NCBI GenBank assembly: GCA_002633005.1
Contig: NMRA01000167.1
Coordinates: 426,460-490,459, forward strand
Origin: Phoronis australis
Taxonomy: Eukaryota > Animalia > Phoronida
DNA: 64,000 nucleotides
Reading direction: 5' to 3'
Of the stretch, positions 25,401-38,300 are shown in pieces. How positions within the stretch are numbered: the stretch's first letter is position 1; each line of letters begins with the position of its first letter. A program made the position numbers and the translations under genes. A model generated the notes under the pieces. The model had not been told where the DNA came from and did not search any database. It saw only the letters and a program-made list of their open reading frames with translations.

Positions 25401-28400
25401 TGGTGGATATATGGGGTATGGTATCCAGGTTCCCTAATGTCACAATCTCATGTTTACAGACTGATCATCAATAACAACCTACAGTGTGGTACCCAGCTGC
25501 CGTTTATTAGAAAGGCCATGGAGGATGGTTATGGTGTTGTTGTGATGAACACAAACTTAAACAGTGATGAAGATTATCAAGTCATCAAGGTTAGTCACTT
25601 GCATTTTCACCAGCAGAGCTAACTGATATCATCTGCATTTTGTTTTCAAGACTGGCAGACTTTCTACAAAAATCAAATTAAACTCGAAACTGGATACTTG
25701 TCTACTCATTCTCCAGGGCAGCTCAACTCCTGAAGAACATGGATACTACGTGTGGAACAACTTCATTCTTAAAGGGCAGTGTAGACACATCGCCATTGTG
25801 GCTCACAGTTATGGTGGAGTGGTGGTTGGCAGTCTGGTACGTTAATGTTTTATGCGATGAATCTGTCACTTATCTGAGTCTGGCATGACTCTCTCTCATG
25901 ATGAGAATCTAAAATGTCTGGATGGTAACCGTTTCCATGCATGGAAAATCGTACAAAATGACAAGGGGTGAAAACTTGTGCCGATCCAATGTATTACTAA
26001 ATTTTTGCAAAATAAACAAAAATGCCTTTATTCCGTGAGTGATATTGCAAAATCACGCTAGCCATTTATTATGCTTGGCAACATTCTTAAGCAAAAAATA
26101 CATCATTTCTGTTTTTTTTGTGGGAACAAATACTAGTAAGTCAGTTCATAGAGAATGACATAAAAAGTTCTTGGAAAATTTATGCCAAATATGTGTAGGA
26201 ACCAGTTGCTGCATAGTTCACGTGCTATCAAAAACATTTTCCAACAGGTACCTTATCTTGCCACATCCCACCTAACCAATTGTTTCTATGTGTTTGGTGA
26301 TTGTGATGTTTCATTTGGTTTGTTGATATCTTCAACTTTTCATTGCCAGGGCATAATCATCTTAATACATACTGTATGGTGAAAAATCTCTTGGCGTTTG
26401 TAAATTTTGGAGTCTCATGTGAGGGCAAGTTAATTAATTTTATTAGTCAAGTGAACTTTGTTCTGTGCAGGCCAACGAGTTCAACAGAGATTTCCTGGAC
26501 AGAGTCTTTGCCGTGGCTTTCACTGACAGTTTTGGCTACCAGTTTGGGACCAAGTCACCTCTTTATGCTCTGTTTAAGAGGGTAAGACAGGACTACCTGT
26601 GTCACAAAGAACTTATTAAGGCTACTAAACCCTGTTTTGATGATTTCAACTAATCCTGGTTCTGTCATGCTAATGCATCATTGGTGTCAATCTTGAAAAA
26701 TAAAGGCAGGAATCAATTAAAAACTCCCCTCTCTCACAAATTGGATATTGTGGTTCTTTGTATGTGGTCTTATCCTACAGTTGCCGTGTGATTTCCTGAC
26801 AGCATAGGCCACGCTTGCCCGTTTGTAAGGAGTTTCCAGATTTTCCTGTGAACTTTTAAGGGTTGTCGAGGGTTACGAAGCATTATCTTGTTTCAATGAG
26901 CTGGATGGGGAACGTCGTTTTTAGCATCTGTTAGTAGGCCAAATCTGGGTTTGATATCCTTTAATGTGTGTTGTCCATTTAACATTGGTTGTGATGGATT
27001 CTATTAAGTTGTCAACCTTAAAGTTTGTGATTTTTTTTTGAAAACTGTTCTGTCACATTACCTTGAAATGAATAAGATATTGATCAGCATTGCTACCCTT
27101 AGCAATTGGCATTGTTATTGTGCCAACAAAGGAGCTGTTTTAGCTGATTTCAACTGCCTTGCCGACCTCCACCCATTTTCCAATTTCCATGCCTTTCACG
27201 CTATTTGCCATCTGAGTTTAATTTGTCAGGTTGCTAGCTGACATTTCCATTTTTAGACATTTTAAGGACGGGTTTGGATTTTGAACTCATTTAGTGTTCA
27301 GAAAATATGAATGATACACTTGTCTGTTAACATTGGACATTTCAGATATTGAGGAACGTATTAGGTAATATTGACAAAGTTGCAAAGTTGATATACTTTT
27401 TCATAATTAAAAGACCGAACCAGTTAGTAATTTTTCTTTTGTCACAAGTTTATAATCCTAACATTATTTGCACTTTAAAGTGGAGGTGTTTCATTTTCAC
27501 GTTATCTTAATAGATTAAGATACGATAACGATCAAATTTGTAAGCAAATCCCCTGGAAATTTGCCACACCATGCTACAGGCCAAATTTCTCTTAATAGGT
27601 ATCTGTCAACTGGGTGTCAAGTGATAGACCACTGGATGAGCCAGTTGGAGGATATGGCCGGGACTTCCAAATGAGGTCTGCTGGTAAGTAGGACTTACTG
27701 TAGTTACCAAGAATGAGTTAAGACTTGGATGGAAACCACCAAACTTAATCAAAGACTCAATTCAATGATAGTCTAGCCTCGAGCATTCGACTTAAGTTTT
27801 AAGTTTCATGTTAGTTGATAGGTCTTATTGAGTTGTGTCTTGCATACTGTAATATTTGGTGGTCTTGGTCTTCATTGGTCTTGGGCCTATTGCATACAGC
27901 ACAGGTCACGAAGTTTCGTCCCACTGGTCGCTAATGAATAGGCAACCAGTCAGGAATATAGCCATCTAGTGGCTAATTGATATAGACCACATGGACAACT
28001 TTAATGCTGTGACAATTTTCAATGCAAGCTCTTGAATATCCCCTTTTTAAAAGACCCTTGTTGTGCCATGTTCCGTGATTTTCATCTGTTCGACTGCAAT
28101 AATATACTGTTGCTTTTATGCACATTAGAAATTAATCCTCAGCATGCAGTGAAGATCTACTGCTTGTCCTGGTTTCTTACCCAAGGGACGATCGCTGTGG
28201 GAACGGAGCTAACGATTCCAACCAGACCAGTTACCGATTTGTTGCTGCCCGGTCAGATAAGAATTCCTGTCCTGAGCTTTATGTTTGTACCCTGGGTAAC
28301 ATCGTCATCAGCTGACTTGAGGTAGTTGGTAAAGTTTTGTGAAAAAAGTAATGAGTACCCTAATATGTTATAATTTGTGATGCACCAGCAATGTTTTAGT

Positions 28401-28984
28401 GTTAAATATTTTCGTATTCTTTTGCAGGAGTTACAAAACATGAATGGACTTCGTGGTCGAGCTTCCCCTCAATTTTCAAGTTCTTTGATGAACGCTATGG
28501 AATTGTGACCAAGTTGACAGCAGGCAAACAACAGGGGGCGCAATCTCATGCTGACTTGCATTCAGATCAATCAAGGAAAAAGATGTCCGATCAAAACGAG
28601 CATGCTCGAGGTGATCATCCTGACCAGACTCGAAGTGTTCACAGTAAGCAGGTTCAAAGTTCTCAATCCGAGGATGCTCCTGGTGATCAGGAAAAGAAAA
28701 CACAGATTGAGGCTGAGTATGCTCATAATGATCAACCTGAGGTGACTCAAAGTGATCAGCGTGAGCAGGCAAAAGATGTTCAGCACGAGCCTGCTCCGAT
28801 TGTTCTGTATGAAAGGGTTGAGAGTGAGAGTGGTCAACATAAGCAAACAGTGACTGAACAGGAGCCCACGTTTAGTGATAATTTTGATCCCGCTCACAGT
28901 GGTAAAGAAATGGAAACTCCCAGTGGTCAACATGAGCAAGCTCAGAGCGGCCAATCTACTGAGACCCAGATGGATTGGAATTGA
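18749..28984 (+). CDS. FAM172A: Cotranscriptional regulator FAM172A/ARB2A orthologue (Arb2 alpha/beta-hydrolase-like domain), 687 aa, spliced
   Basis: 10 phase-consistent GT-AG coding exons: 18749-19435, 20230-20314, 22268-22368, 22793-22855, 23740-23864, 25460-25589, 25717-25836, 26471-26581, 27599-27683, 28428-28984 (2064 nt). Family motifs: [47 protein letters not shown]-x-x-x-HEWTSW. Confidence 0.95.
20230..20314 (+). CDS. FAM172A: FAM172A coding exon 2
   Basis: [28 protein letters not shown]. Confidence 0.9.
22268..22368 (+). CDS. FAM172A: FAM172A coding exon 3
   Basis: [34 protein letters not shown]. Confidence 0.93.
22793..22855 (+). CDS. FAM172A: FAM172A coding exon 4
   Basis: [21 protein letters not shown]. 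Confidence 0.92.
23740..23864 (+). CDS. FAM172A: FAM172A coding exon 5
   Basis: [41 protein letters not shown]. Confidence 0.96.
25460..25589 (+). CDS. FAM172A: FAM172A coding exon 6
   Basis: [43 protein letters not shown]. Confidence 0.96.
25717..25836 (+). CDS. FAM172A: FAM172A coding exon 7
   Basis: [40 protein letters not shown]. Confidence 0.96.
26471..26581 (+). CDS. FAM172A: FAM172A coding exon 8
   Basis: [37 protein letters not shown]. Confidence 0.95.
26616..26964. mobile_element. TTAA-flanked MITE (Kolobok-like termini), copy 2
   Basis: TTAA-GGCTACTAAACCCTGTTTTGATGATTT...CTGGGTTTGATATCCT-TTAA; both ends and the left interior align with 17005-17357. Confidence 0.75.
27599..27683 (+). 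CDS. FAM172A: FAM172A coding exon 9
   Basis: [28 protein letters not shown]. Confidence 0.94.
28178..28298. mobile_element. Possible short MITE
   Basis: Imperfect inverted ends TACCCAAGGGAC...GTACCCTGGGTA with TA at both edges; GC-richer than flanks. Confidence 0.3.
28428..28984 (+). CDS. FAM172A: FAM172A terminal exon with low-complexity C-terminal extension
   Basis: [20 protein letters not shown]...TETQMDWN-stop. Confidence 0.93.
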
Positions 28985-29114
28985 AACTGATTTTAGAAGC
29001 CATTGCCTAGCTGAAACTGTTAGTTTTGTCAAAGTTTAAGTTTTGTTTTGGTTTTTTCTCTTGCTTTGCTATTTTGCTGCCAAGGGTTCATGGGTTGGAG
29101 TAACATTGGTGTGT

Positions 29115-29120
29115 AATAAA
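29115..29120 (+). terminator. Candidate polyadenylation signal of FAM172A
   Basis: First AATAAA, about 130 nt after the stop codon. Confidence 0.45.
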
Positions 29121-32100
29121 GATGGAAATGGTTGAACAGAATGAAATTCAAATGTTGCTGTTTATTGCTCTATTTAGATTGCATCAATCCTCAACTGTAG
29201 AGGCACCAAGTGAATGAACTGAACACAGTCAAAAACATTTAACTTACTATTTTGTTTTGCATGTCATATGATCATGTTACTTATAGTAAAAATTATCCAA
29301 TTGGGGTCAGTGAAAATTTGATTGTTTTGCTCAAGATCGCAGCTTGTCCCAAATTCTAGAAATAGACAGTATTGGCTGTATGTTAACATTACTTTGGATG
29401 ACATCGAAATGGATTTTGAAAATCAGATTCCACAAAATTATACCATTGCATACCTTAACGTTGCAAACTGCTTCAGTTTAGCAAGAGCATTGGCTACCCT
29501 TGATCGACTTTGCCGGTTCTGCTGGATCAAGCAGCTAAGACATCTGATTGGTTCTCGGTGACGACTTTCGACTTACGACATGTCTTAGCTGGTTGACCGA
29601 GTGGAACTGTCAAAGTCAGTTAAGAGCATCTCCAAATTACAGTAAACTCGCAGGTTAATGCCCATGCCCAGATAATCCCCGACTTTTTGTCAATTTCCAG
29701 TTTAAGTGCTCACTGCTTGTGTAATCACCCACCCCCTCTTGGGGTTTCCCACGAGTTTACGACACAATCCCCTGGACAATACAATCAACAGTCCTGGTTA
29801 GACCAGGTATATTGCAGCAACAGTAGGAAATATTGAGAACAAGGTATCGATGAAATATTTACTTTGAAATAGATATTGATTTGGTCATTTCTTGAGTATT
29901 GTGTTTCAAAAACCAGTTCAGATTGGTTGCATTAAGTTAGAGGTAAATCCCTATTGGCAATCGTGTGACATTACCTTTTTACTAAGAGTATCACTTACCA
30001 CATTCCTGTTAGAGTGAACGCTAATGCTTGACTTGACCTCCTTTCCCAATTCTCAAAACCAGAAAACGAACATGCAATTGCTCAGATCAGTCAAAACTAT
30101 AGATTTAGTTCACCCAATAGATACCTAACGCCCCCTTGTGTCTGTCCATCACTAGATTCACTGTGGTGGTACTGTCTGCATGTGCTAAAACTGTTGAGTA
30201 AAACGATAACATTATTGCATACTTTATTAGTGTATAATGTGTTGAATAAGGTCAAGATGTAGAATTAATACCAATTTGTACCATTGATCGCTCTCAATGT
30301 CTGTCCCAGATTCAGTTATTTGGCTGTATAAAGCATACTAGACATTGGAAAAGGTGTTGCATCAAAACTGATTTCTTTCGAATTCGTTGTGCAAGCTTCA
30401 TTTTGCTGAATTAGTCATACTAAACCTCATGAAATTTGTCAAAATCTGGAAAAAAGTGATAAGCAATTGTATAAAGAAAAAAGGATATGACAAAAATGAT
30501 CACTGATGTGCCCCCACCCCCCCCCCCCCGAAGTGAGAATGGACCAAGCTGGTTTGAGACCGTGAATAACAGAGCTCCAAGATTGCCGATTCAGTCTGAC
30601 CTATCTAAAAATTAGCAGAAGGAAGATAGAATTCTATTGTTTATAGGTGCTGTGGCCAAAGCCTAAGGTACTCCAACCCAAGAAGCTGCCATTTTGGACT
30701 GGCATGGAGTTGGTAACTAAGTCCACATAGTGGCTTAAGTAGAATTTTGTGGATGGGTGTGGTTCACACTCAGTAGGCTATTTCAAATTCACTTGCTATA
30801 AGTACTTTGTGAAGCCAGTGCTTTCAGTCAGACTACTGCCCTAGTTGGACAGTGTAACTAAACAAAGGGTTTGGCGGGTCCTGACTGAAGATAACTGCTT
30901 TATTACTTCCTACTATAAGTTCTGAATAGTTTTTTTTTTAATGTTTATTACGAAATCTTCAGAATACAATGAATTTACATAACCCAGAAAGCGCCAAGAG
31001 GCATTAGATCTGAATAGTCGAACCTGTTAATGGCAATTTCAGGTTGAACTGACATTTACAGCTGATAGCAATAGTGTTTTTGCTTTTTAGTACTAATTGA
31101 CTAAAATTCATGATTTAAGAATGACATTGAACACACCACACTTAGGTGTTTGTTTTGTCGGCTGTTGTGGCATATCTCAAAACTTTTCAAGGGTGTATTG
31201 GTTGCTGCGTTCATAGCTGTCGTTTTCATTATGGATATTTAAGTGTACGATAATAAACAAAAAGCCGTTGTATTAATGTTGTTTATCGTTCATATCCGCA
31301 CTTCGCTTTCTTACAAAGCCCCACCGTCAACTGAACGACCATGACTACCGCGATATCGAGCAGAGTCACGAGATTTCCAACTGCACCCATTGTTGACCCC
31401 GGTTGAATTATTTTGACGATGCAAGCATCTCGCGAAGGAAGTTATTGAGATCACGTACTTTGAGCTTCGCTTTTTTACGGTGATATCGCGGAGTCTTGCG
31501 TTATTGTTACTTTTTCTCTAGATTCTTCGTCTCTACCGAACACGCCCGTGGTCAGCGACTTCAAATTCGCTGGCCGCTTAAAAGCCTAATGGCTGCTGAC
31601 GCGGTGTCGACCTCTGTGTGTCATTCCTAGATTAGAAGGCCCTTTACGATGACATGTGCAGGTGAGAAGAGTCGATCACTTACGGTAATTATTATACAGA
31701 CGTTGGGGGTTGGGGTTGAATTCTGCTTTGTCCATATTTTCACCTTATTTAGCAAGCTGCAAATTGAGTCGCATGGGAACGAGACAAAACCCAATATTAA
31801 AGATAACCTAGCTACTATTACATTAACACCCCGTCTGATTTCTGCTTCAGACAACAACGGTTTCCGCCAAATGGGGTACATTACATCCAGATATCAAGCT
31901 AGTGAACTGTCGAGTATCCGCGGTCTTTACCCGGTATCACGACTCGCGGGCCAATAGCCAGGGCCATCCCGGATTGTTGAACACCGATACCGAGCTCTCC
32001 TTTGTTCCAGAGGTAAGAAAATGTATTGTTTTCCATGGTCTCCTTTTGGAATGTCAGGCACCAAAGCGGCTGTCGGAAACCGTAGAGATGTATTCCCGTG

Positions 32101-32329
32101 TATCTATTTCTGCCTGATGATTTCAAGAATGCCTTAAAAGTACCAGGCTTGTAAAGTGTCTTCTTGAAAAGCTATTCAATGCGGTTCAAAATTAGGCCGA
32201 CATCAACTTGACAATCGAACTTGCTTTACTTTCACGCGCTCCTTTTTTGATTGATGTCGAGAAGGCTAAGAAATTTTAATTAAAATGAGCCATGTACCGC
32301 GAAAGCTCATCAGAAATACCCTTTGAAAC

Positions 32330-32732
32330 AATTCCTGACGAAAGCACTATCTCGCAATATGTTTACCACAGAGTTCTTCATTTTCCCTTGAGAGTAAAGG
32401 AATTTCCGGAAAATCACAAAATTGACAATTTTTGAAATACGTGCTAATATTTACATGTAGTTACCACAGAGTTTCGAATCTCCTTTCCCCTTAAGATCAA
32501 TGCGCATGCGCTTACACGGTCATTCACAAACAACTGACTGACAAGATGGCACGGAACATGAAATGTCGTCAAACTTGTCTTTTAATTCCTGACGAAAGCA
32601 CCATCTCGCAACATTTGGTACAGAGTAACTCACTTTCAACTGTGAGGAAATTTCCAGAAAAAATCAGAAAATTCACGATTTTTGAAATACGCGCAAAGGA
32701 AAATTGTGGTTACCACAGAGTTTCTAATCTCC
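32330..32732. repeat. Diverged ~150-bp direct repeat pair
   Basis: AATTCCTGACGAAAGCAC...GTTACCACAGAGTTTC..ATCTCC at 32330-32482 and 32584-32732. Confidence 0.85.
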
Positions 32733-34929
32733 CCCACTTATGACAAATGCTTTTCCCTCATGATTTCTCTGCAATATTTGAAAATTGATGTAAGCAATAA
32801 ACAAGGGTAGGCTAATAAATGCATGTTAATGAGTGTTTGATTTGTTATTACTGAATGTTTGTTTGGTTAATAACTAACGTAGCTTGTCCCAATACTCTGG
32901 CATTGGGTGCAGGCTACCATGCATTCGCCACTTACATCGCAGATCCGCCCCTGCACCTGTGTAACATTGGAAACGAATAATTAAAGGCGCTCTTTTCCGT
33001 AGTGTGCACATTTACTCTACTCACATGAATTTTCCCAACCGAACAACATTTCAAAGCTTACAAGCACGACGTGCAAGTATACACGTGACTGTACTACCAT
33101 TTTTCGGCCATATTCAAAAGTTTGACTAGAGTGCCGAGCATAATATTGTGGTAGAATTTTTGTCTGACTATCACAATATCCGAAAGCTGTTTTTTTATAA
33201 AATTATTTTACTTAAAAATAATGTCCAATTGTAAAAAAATTGGAAAATCGCGTGACTGGATTTCTGTTACAATTTACATGTCACGAGACCAGCAGGGATA
33301 GCGAATCAGAAACACTTTCCTGTATTCATTAACTCAGACTGAAAATTTTAGTATAAAATAAGTATGCATAAGTAAAACATTGATTTACCGGTATTCTCCA
33401 TCAGCATTTCGTTAGAAACTTAATTGACTGCGATATTCGAAATTTGCAGCACTGTGTCATTAAGAGTAATTCCACAAAATATCAATTTTTGTGCGACCAA
33501 GACGGAGCTGCAGTGCCAGAAATACCTGAAGTGTTTAGACATATACATGATGAAAATAATTATAGCTCGATTTGTGCTCAATGGACAACATTTATGATGA
33601 CACAGGGCCGGCGACACGCAAGTCTCTAAGCGAAAGTTGTAGTAAAATCATTTACTGAATGATCTGCAACGCTGGTCAAAAACGACCTTCATCATTTCAC
33701 TGTCCGGGGTGATGTGCGACAAAATTTGCTGACGAACATGATAGGTGATGCAAGAGTAGATAATTTATTTCAAAGTCACTGTCATCCTTTTGAATTAAAA
33801 AATCCTGGCGCTTTGTGTTTCAAAAGCAACAGCTGGTGCACTATAGTAATTCTTTTAGTACTGACGAGGCCAGGGCCTATGAACAAGCATTTCTGTTTCT
33901 ATACAACACGTTAGTAGAAAGTATAAAACAAATATTATCACAGTTGCATGCTAACGAATGATTACAACAGAAATAAAGCAAGGAGAACCAAAGCAATTAT
34001 TCTGATCAGTGGTTCTCATATATCGAAAGACATAACACATCGGATACTGTATATTACGAGTTTTGAAACTCGCAGTCATGAATTTTTCAAGAAAAGTCGT
34101 AAACCGACCACTACTTAATAAGTGTACGTTCACATATCACGTCGGTTAGAGAATAATCCCTTGCATTGGGGTGAAGTTTGCGAGTCTCCAAAGGGGTGAC
34201 ATTTGCAAGGAATTTCCATACAAATAGATACCTGTTTGAGTCCGCTATGTTAATGGTTGGGTGTTCTAGTGTTCTAGTTGAACCTTCTATCAAAATTCAG
34301 TACTCCAGGAGTAGTGAGACGAAGAACAATGGCGGCCACACGTGTCAGTCTGATCAGGCACGTTGGGTGCAAGCCATTACCCTCATTTGGAATAGGTAAC
34401 TTTTCAATTAAAAAATACCTCGCTTTGATGTATTCCTAAGTTTTGGACGTATATAGCTATCTAATGTGCAAGTGCATGCGTGCGTACAAGACATTTTTTG
34501 AAAATGATGCACTGTCGCCATAACGTGACCAGTCTTAGTTGTTTCTCGATTTTCTTCATGTGTACATTTACCAATGCAAGATTTACCTCTAGGCTATTTT
34601 GGGTCACGCTCAGGGTTTAGGAAGATAAAGAAGTAGGCGAAAGGACAACGAGGTTCCAAAATGGCAAGAAGTTTTTGGACAGGGTAGCTCAACCGACCGT
34701 TATGTAGACTCGCCAGTCATTACGCTGAATGAGATCTAGATCGCAATACATGTACACTGTATAAGGAGTTGAAGCGCATTCATTTAGCCTCCGCCAAAAC
34801 GTAATCTATCATTCTTAGCTAGGTTCTGAACCGTTTCACGTTTGAGAATGGAGAATAAGCGGTTAGTAAGCAACTAACATTTCCAGTTTCGTACCCTTTG
34901 TATCATTCATATTAGCAAGCTGGTGTGCA

Positions 34930-35390
34930 GAGAAAACCAAGATGATGCGCATAACGCCGGGCAAAATGGCCATCTCAGTGGCTGGGAAAGCGATAGATGT
35001 CCAGTCTATCATCTATCTGTGCAAAATGGTCAGCAACTGGTGCTATGGATGGAACAAAAGAAGACCCCAAGGCTCGTATTTAGAAGGACCGTCAAGCACA
35101 TGCCATCTTGTGAAACCTGTGATGAAGTCCAAACCGTCCCTGAACACTCAAGAACTTCAACTCAAAAATGTCTGCCCCGCTTTACGGCTCATGATCATCG
35201 ACAATGTCCTAGTGTTTCGAAACAGATATGCGCGTGAATTTCTGCAAATCAAGTGCTCTGATTGAATAACAAATGAATTAACTGGGTGAATCAGAGCAGG
35301 GCAGGAAGACATAGAGATCCAGATTAAGAGTTGGAGGTCAGTGGATTAGTGGTCACATGCTAAGAAAGCCGAATGCCAACACTACCAGGC
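34930..35390 (+). mobile_element. Degenerate RTE-clade LINE reverse-transcriptase fragment
   Basis: Across frameshifts: KTKMMRI, ISVAGKAIDVQSIIYL, GTKEDPKARI, KPVMKSKPSLNT, LVFRNRYAREFLQIKCSD*ITNEL, WISGHMLRKPNANTTR. This is the motif order of the RTE RT C-terminal region. Confidence 0.75.
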
Positions 35391-38300
35391 TTTTACACTT
35401 ACTGACTCCAAAAAAGTAACTCGCCACTTCTGGTGAGCCCTAATAAGGTCACGGCAGAGGATTAAAGTTGGAAAATTGGGGTGGGGGGGAGTCTGTGACG
35501 TTGACCTTGAAACTTGACCCCGCAGGAGACAGGGACCTACAAATGAGACGCATTTGAAAACTTGCCCTTAACCTTGCTTTGGAAATGTCTCGGTTTGGTA
35601 GTCTTCAGGTTATTGGTCATGAAGATATGACTTCGAAAAACCGTTGTTCATCTTGGCACAACTTTTCTGATATTGTGAAGGAGGTATGTGAGTTTGGGGC
35701 ACTCCTGGGCCCTTACTAAGGCCAAGAATAGTATGATACCTACATTTGTAGAGGGGGGAGACAAGGGGCTATTACATGCAAAAAGAATTTTTAAAATCGA
35801 AGACAAAAAGGTTTTCGACCAAAAAAAAATCTAGGCCAGGGGTTTTTGGGGCCGAAAAGTTTTTGTCTCCAATTACAAAAATCCTTTCCCAGATGGACGA
35901 AGAATGTCGAGAAACTAAGGACCACCAAGTTTGAGTTCGATTGGATCATTAATGAGGTCACACGGCAAGATCAAAGTTGAAAGACGTCATTTTGAGACCT
36001 TTTTCCCGCCTAAAATTTTTTTGACCCCGATTTCAAAACTTCTTTCATCGTTGGATAGCCATTTACTTACTGACTCCAAAAAAGTAAGTCGCCACTTCTG
36101 GTGAGCCCTAAAAAGGTCACGGCAGAGGATTAAAGTTGGAAAATTGGGGGGGAGTCTGTGACGTTGACCTTAAACCTTGACCCCGCAGGAGACAGGGACC
36201 TACAAATGAGACGCATTTGAAAACTTGCCCTTATCCTTGCTTTGGAAATGTCTCGGTTTGGTAGTCTTCAGGTTATTGGTCATGAAAATATGACTTCGAA
36301 AAACCGTAGTTCATCTTGGCACAACTTTTCTGATATTGTGAAGGGGGTATGTGAGTTTGGGGCACTCTTGGGCCCTTACTAAGGCCAAGAAAAGTATGAT
36401 ACCTACATTTGTAGAGGGGGGAGACAAGGGGCTATTAGATGCACAAAGAATTTTTAAAATCGAAGACAAAAAGGTTTTGGACCAAAAAAAACCTAGGCCT
36501 ATAGTGCGGGGTTTTTTGGGGGCCGAAAAAATGTTTGTCTCGAATTACAAAAATTCTTTCCCAGATGGACGAAAAATGCCAAGAAACTAAGGCCCACCAA
36601 GTTTGAGTTCGATTGGATCATTAATGAGGTCACACGGCAAGATCAAAGTTGAAAGATGTCATTTTGAGACATTTTTCCCGAGTAAATTTTTTTTGACCCC
36701 GATTTCAAAACTTCTTTCATCGTTGGATAGCATTTTAGTTACTGACTCCAAAAAAGTAAGTTGCCACTTCTGGTGAGCCCTAATAAGGTCACGGCAGAGG
36801 ATTAAAGTTGGAAAATTGTGGTGGAGTCTCTGACGTTGACCTTAAACTTTGACCCCGCAGGAGACAGGGACCTACAAATGAGACGCATTTGAAAACTTGC
36901 CCTTAACCTTGCTTTGGAAATGTCTCGGTTTGGTAGTCTTCAGGTTATTGGTCATGAAGATATGACTTCGAAAAACCGTAGTTCAACTTGGCACAACTTT
37001 TCTGATATTGTGAAAGGGGTATGTGAGTTTGTGGCACTCCTGGGCCCTTACTAAGGCCAAGAAAAGTATGATACCTACATTTGTAGAGGGGGGAGAAATG
37101 GGGCTATAAGATGCACAAAGAATTTTTAAAATCGAAGACAAAAAGGTTTTCGACCAAAAAAAAACCTAGGCCTATAGTCCAGGGGTTTTTGGGAGCCGAA
37201 AAAATGTTTGTCTCCAATTACAAAAATTCTTTCCCAGATGCACGAAGAATGCCGAGAAACTAACGCCCACCAAGTTTGAGTTCGATTCGATCATTAATGA
37301 GGTTACACGGCAAGATCAAAGTTGAAGGACGTCATTTTGAGACCTTGTTCCCACCTAAAATTTTTTTGACCCGGATTTCAAAACTTCTTTCATCGTTGGA
37401 TAGCCTTTTAATTACTGACTCCAAAAAAGTAAGTCGCCACTTCTGGTGAGCCCTAATAAGGTCACGGCAGAGGATTAAATTTGGAAAATTGGGGGGGAGT
37501 CTGTGACGTTGACCTTAAACCTTGACCCTGCAGGAGACAGGGACCTACAAATTAGACGCATTTGAAAACTTGCCCTAAACCTTGCTTTGGAAATGTCTCG
37601 GTTTGGTAGTCTTCAGAATATTGGTCATGAAGATATCAATTTTAAAAACCGTAGTTCATCTTGGCACAACTTTTCTGATATTTTGAATGGGGTATGTGAG
37701 TTTGGGGCACTCCTGGGCCCTTACTAAGGCCAAGAAAAGTATGATACCTACATTTGTAGAGGGGGGAGACAAGTGGCTATTAGATGCACAAAGAATTTTT
37801 AAAATCGAAGACAAAAAGGTTTTGGACCAAAAAAACAAAACCTAGGCCTATAGTCCAGGGGTTTTTCGGGCCGAAAAAATGTTTGTCTCCAATTACTACA
37901 ATTCTTTCCCAAATGGACGAAGAATGCCGAGAAACTAAGGCCCACCAAGTTTGAGTTCGATTGGATCATTAATGAGGTCACACGGCAAGATCAAAGTTGA
38001 AAGACATCATTTTGAGACCTTTTTCCCGCCTAAATTTTTTTTTTACCCCGATTTCAAAACTTCTTTCATCGTTGGATAGCATTTTACTTACTGACTTCAA
38101 AAAAGTAAGTTGCCACTTCTGGTGAGCCCTAACAAGGTCTTGGCAGAGGATTAAAGTTGGAAAATTGGGAGGGGGGAGTCTGTGACGTTGACCTTAAACT
38201 TTGACCCCGCAGGAGACAGGGACCTACAAATGAGACGCATTTGAAAACTTGCCCTTAACCTTGCTTTGGACATGTCTCGGTTTGGTAGTCTTCAGGTTAT

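Noticed and set aside
28476-29032. Minus-strand ORFs of 98 and 153 aa
   Set aside because: Antisense shadows of the repetitive FAM172A terminal exon.
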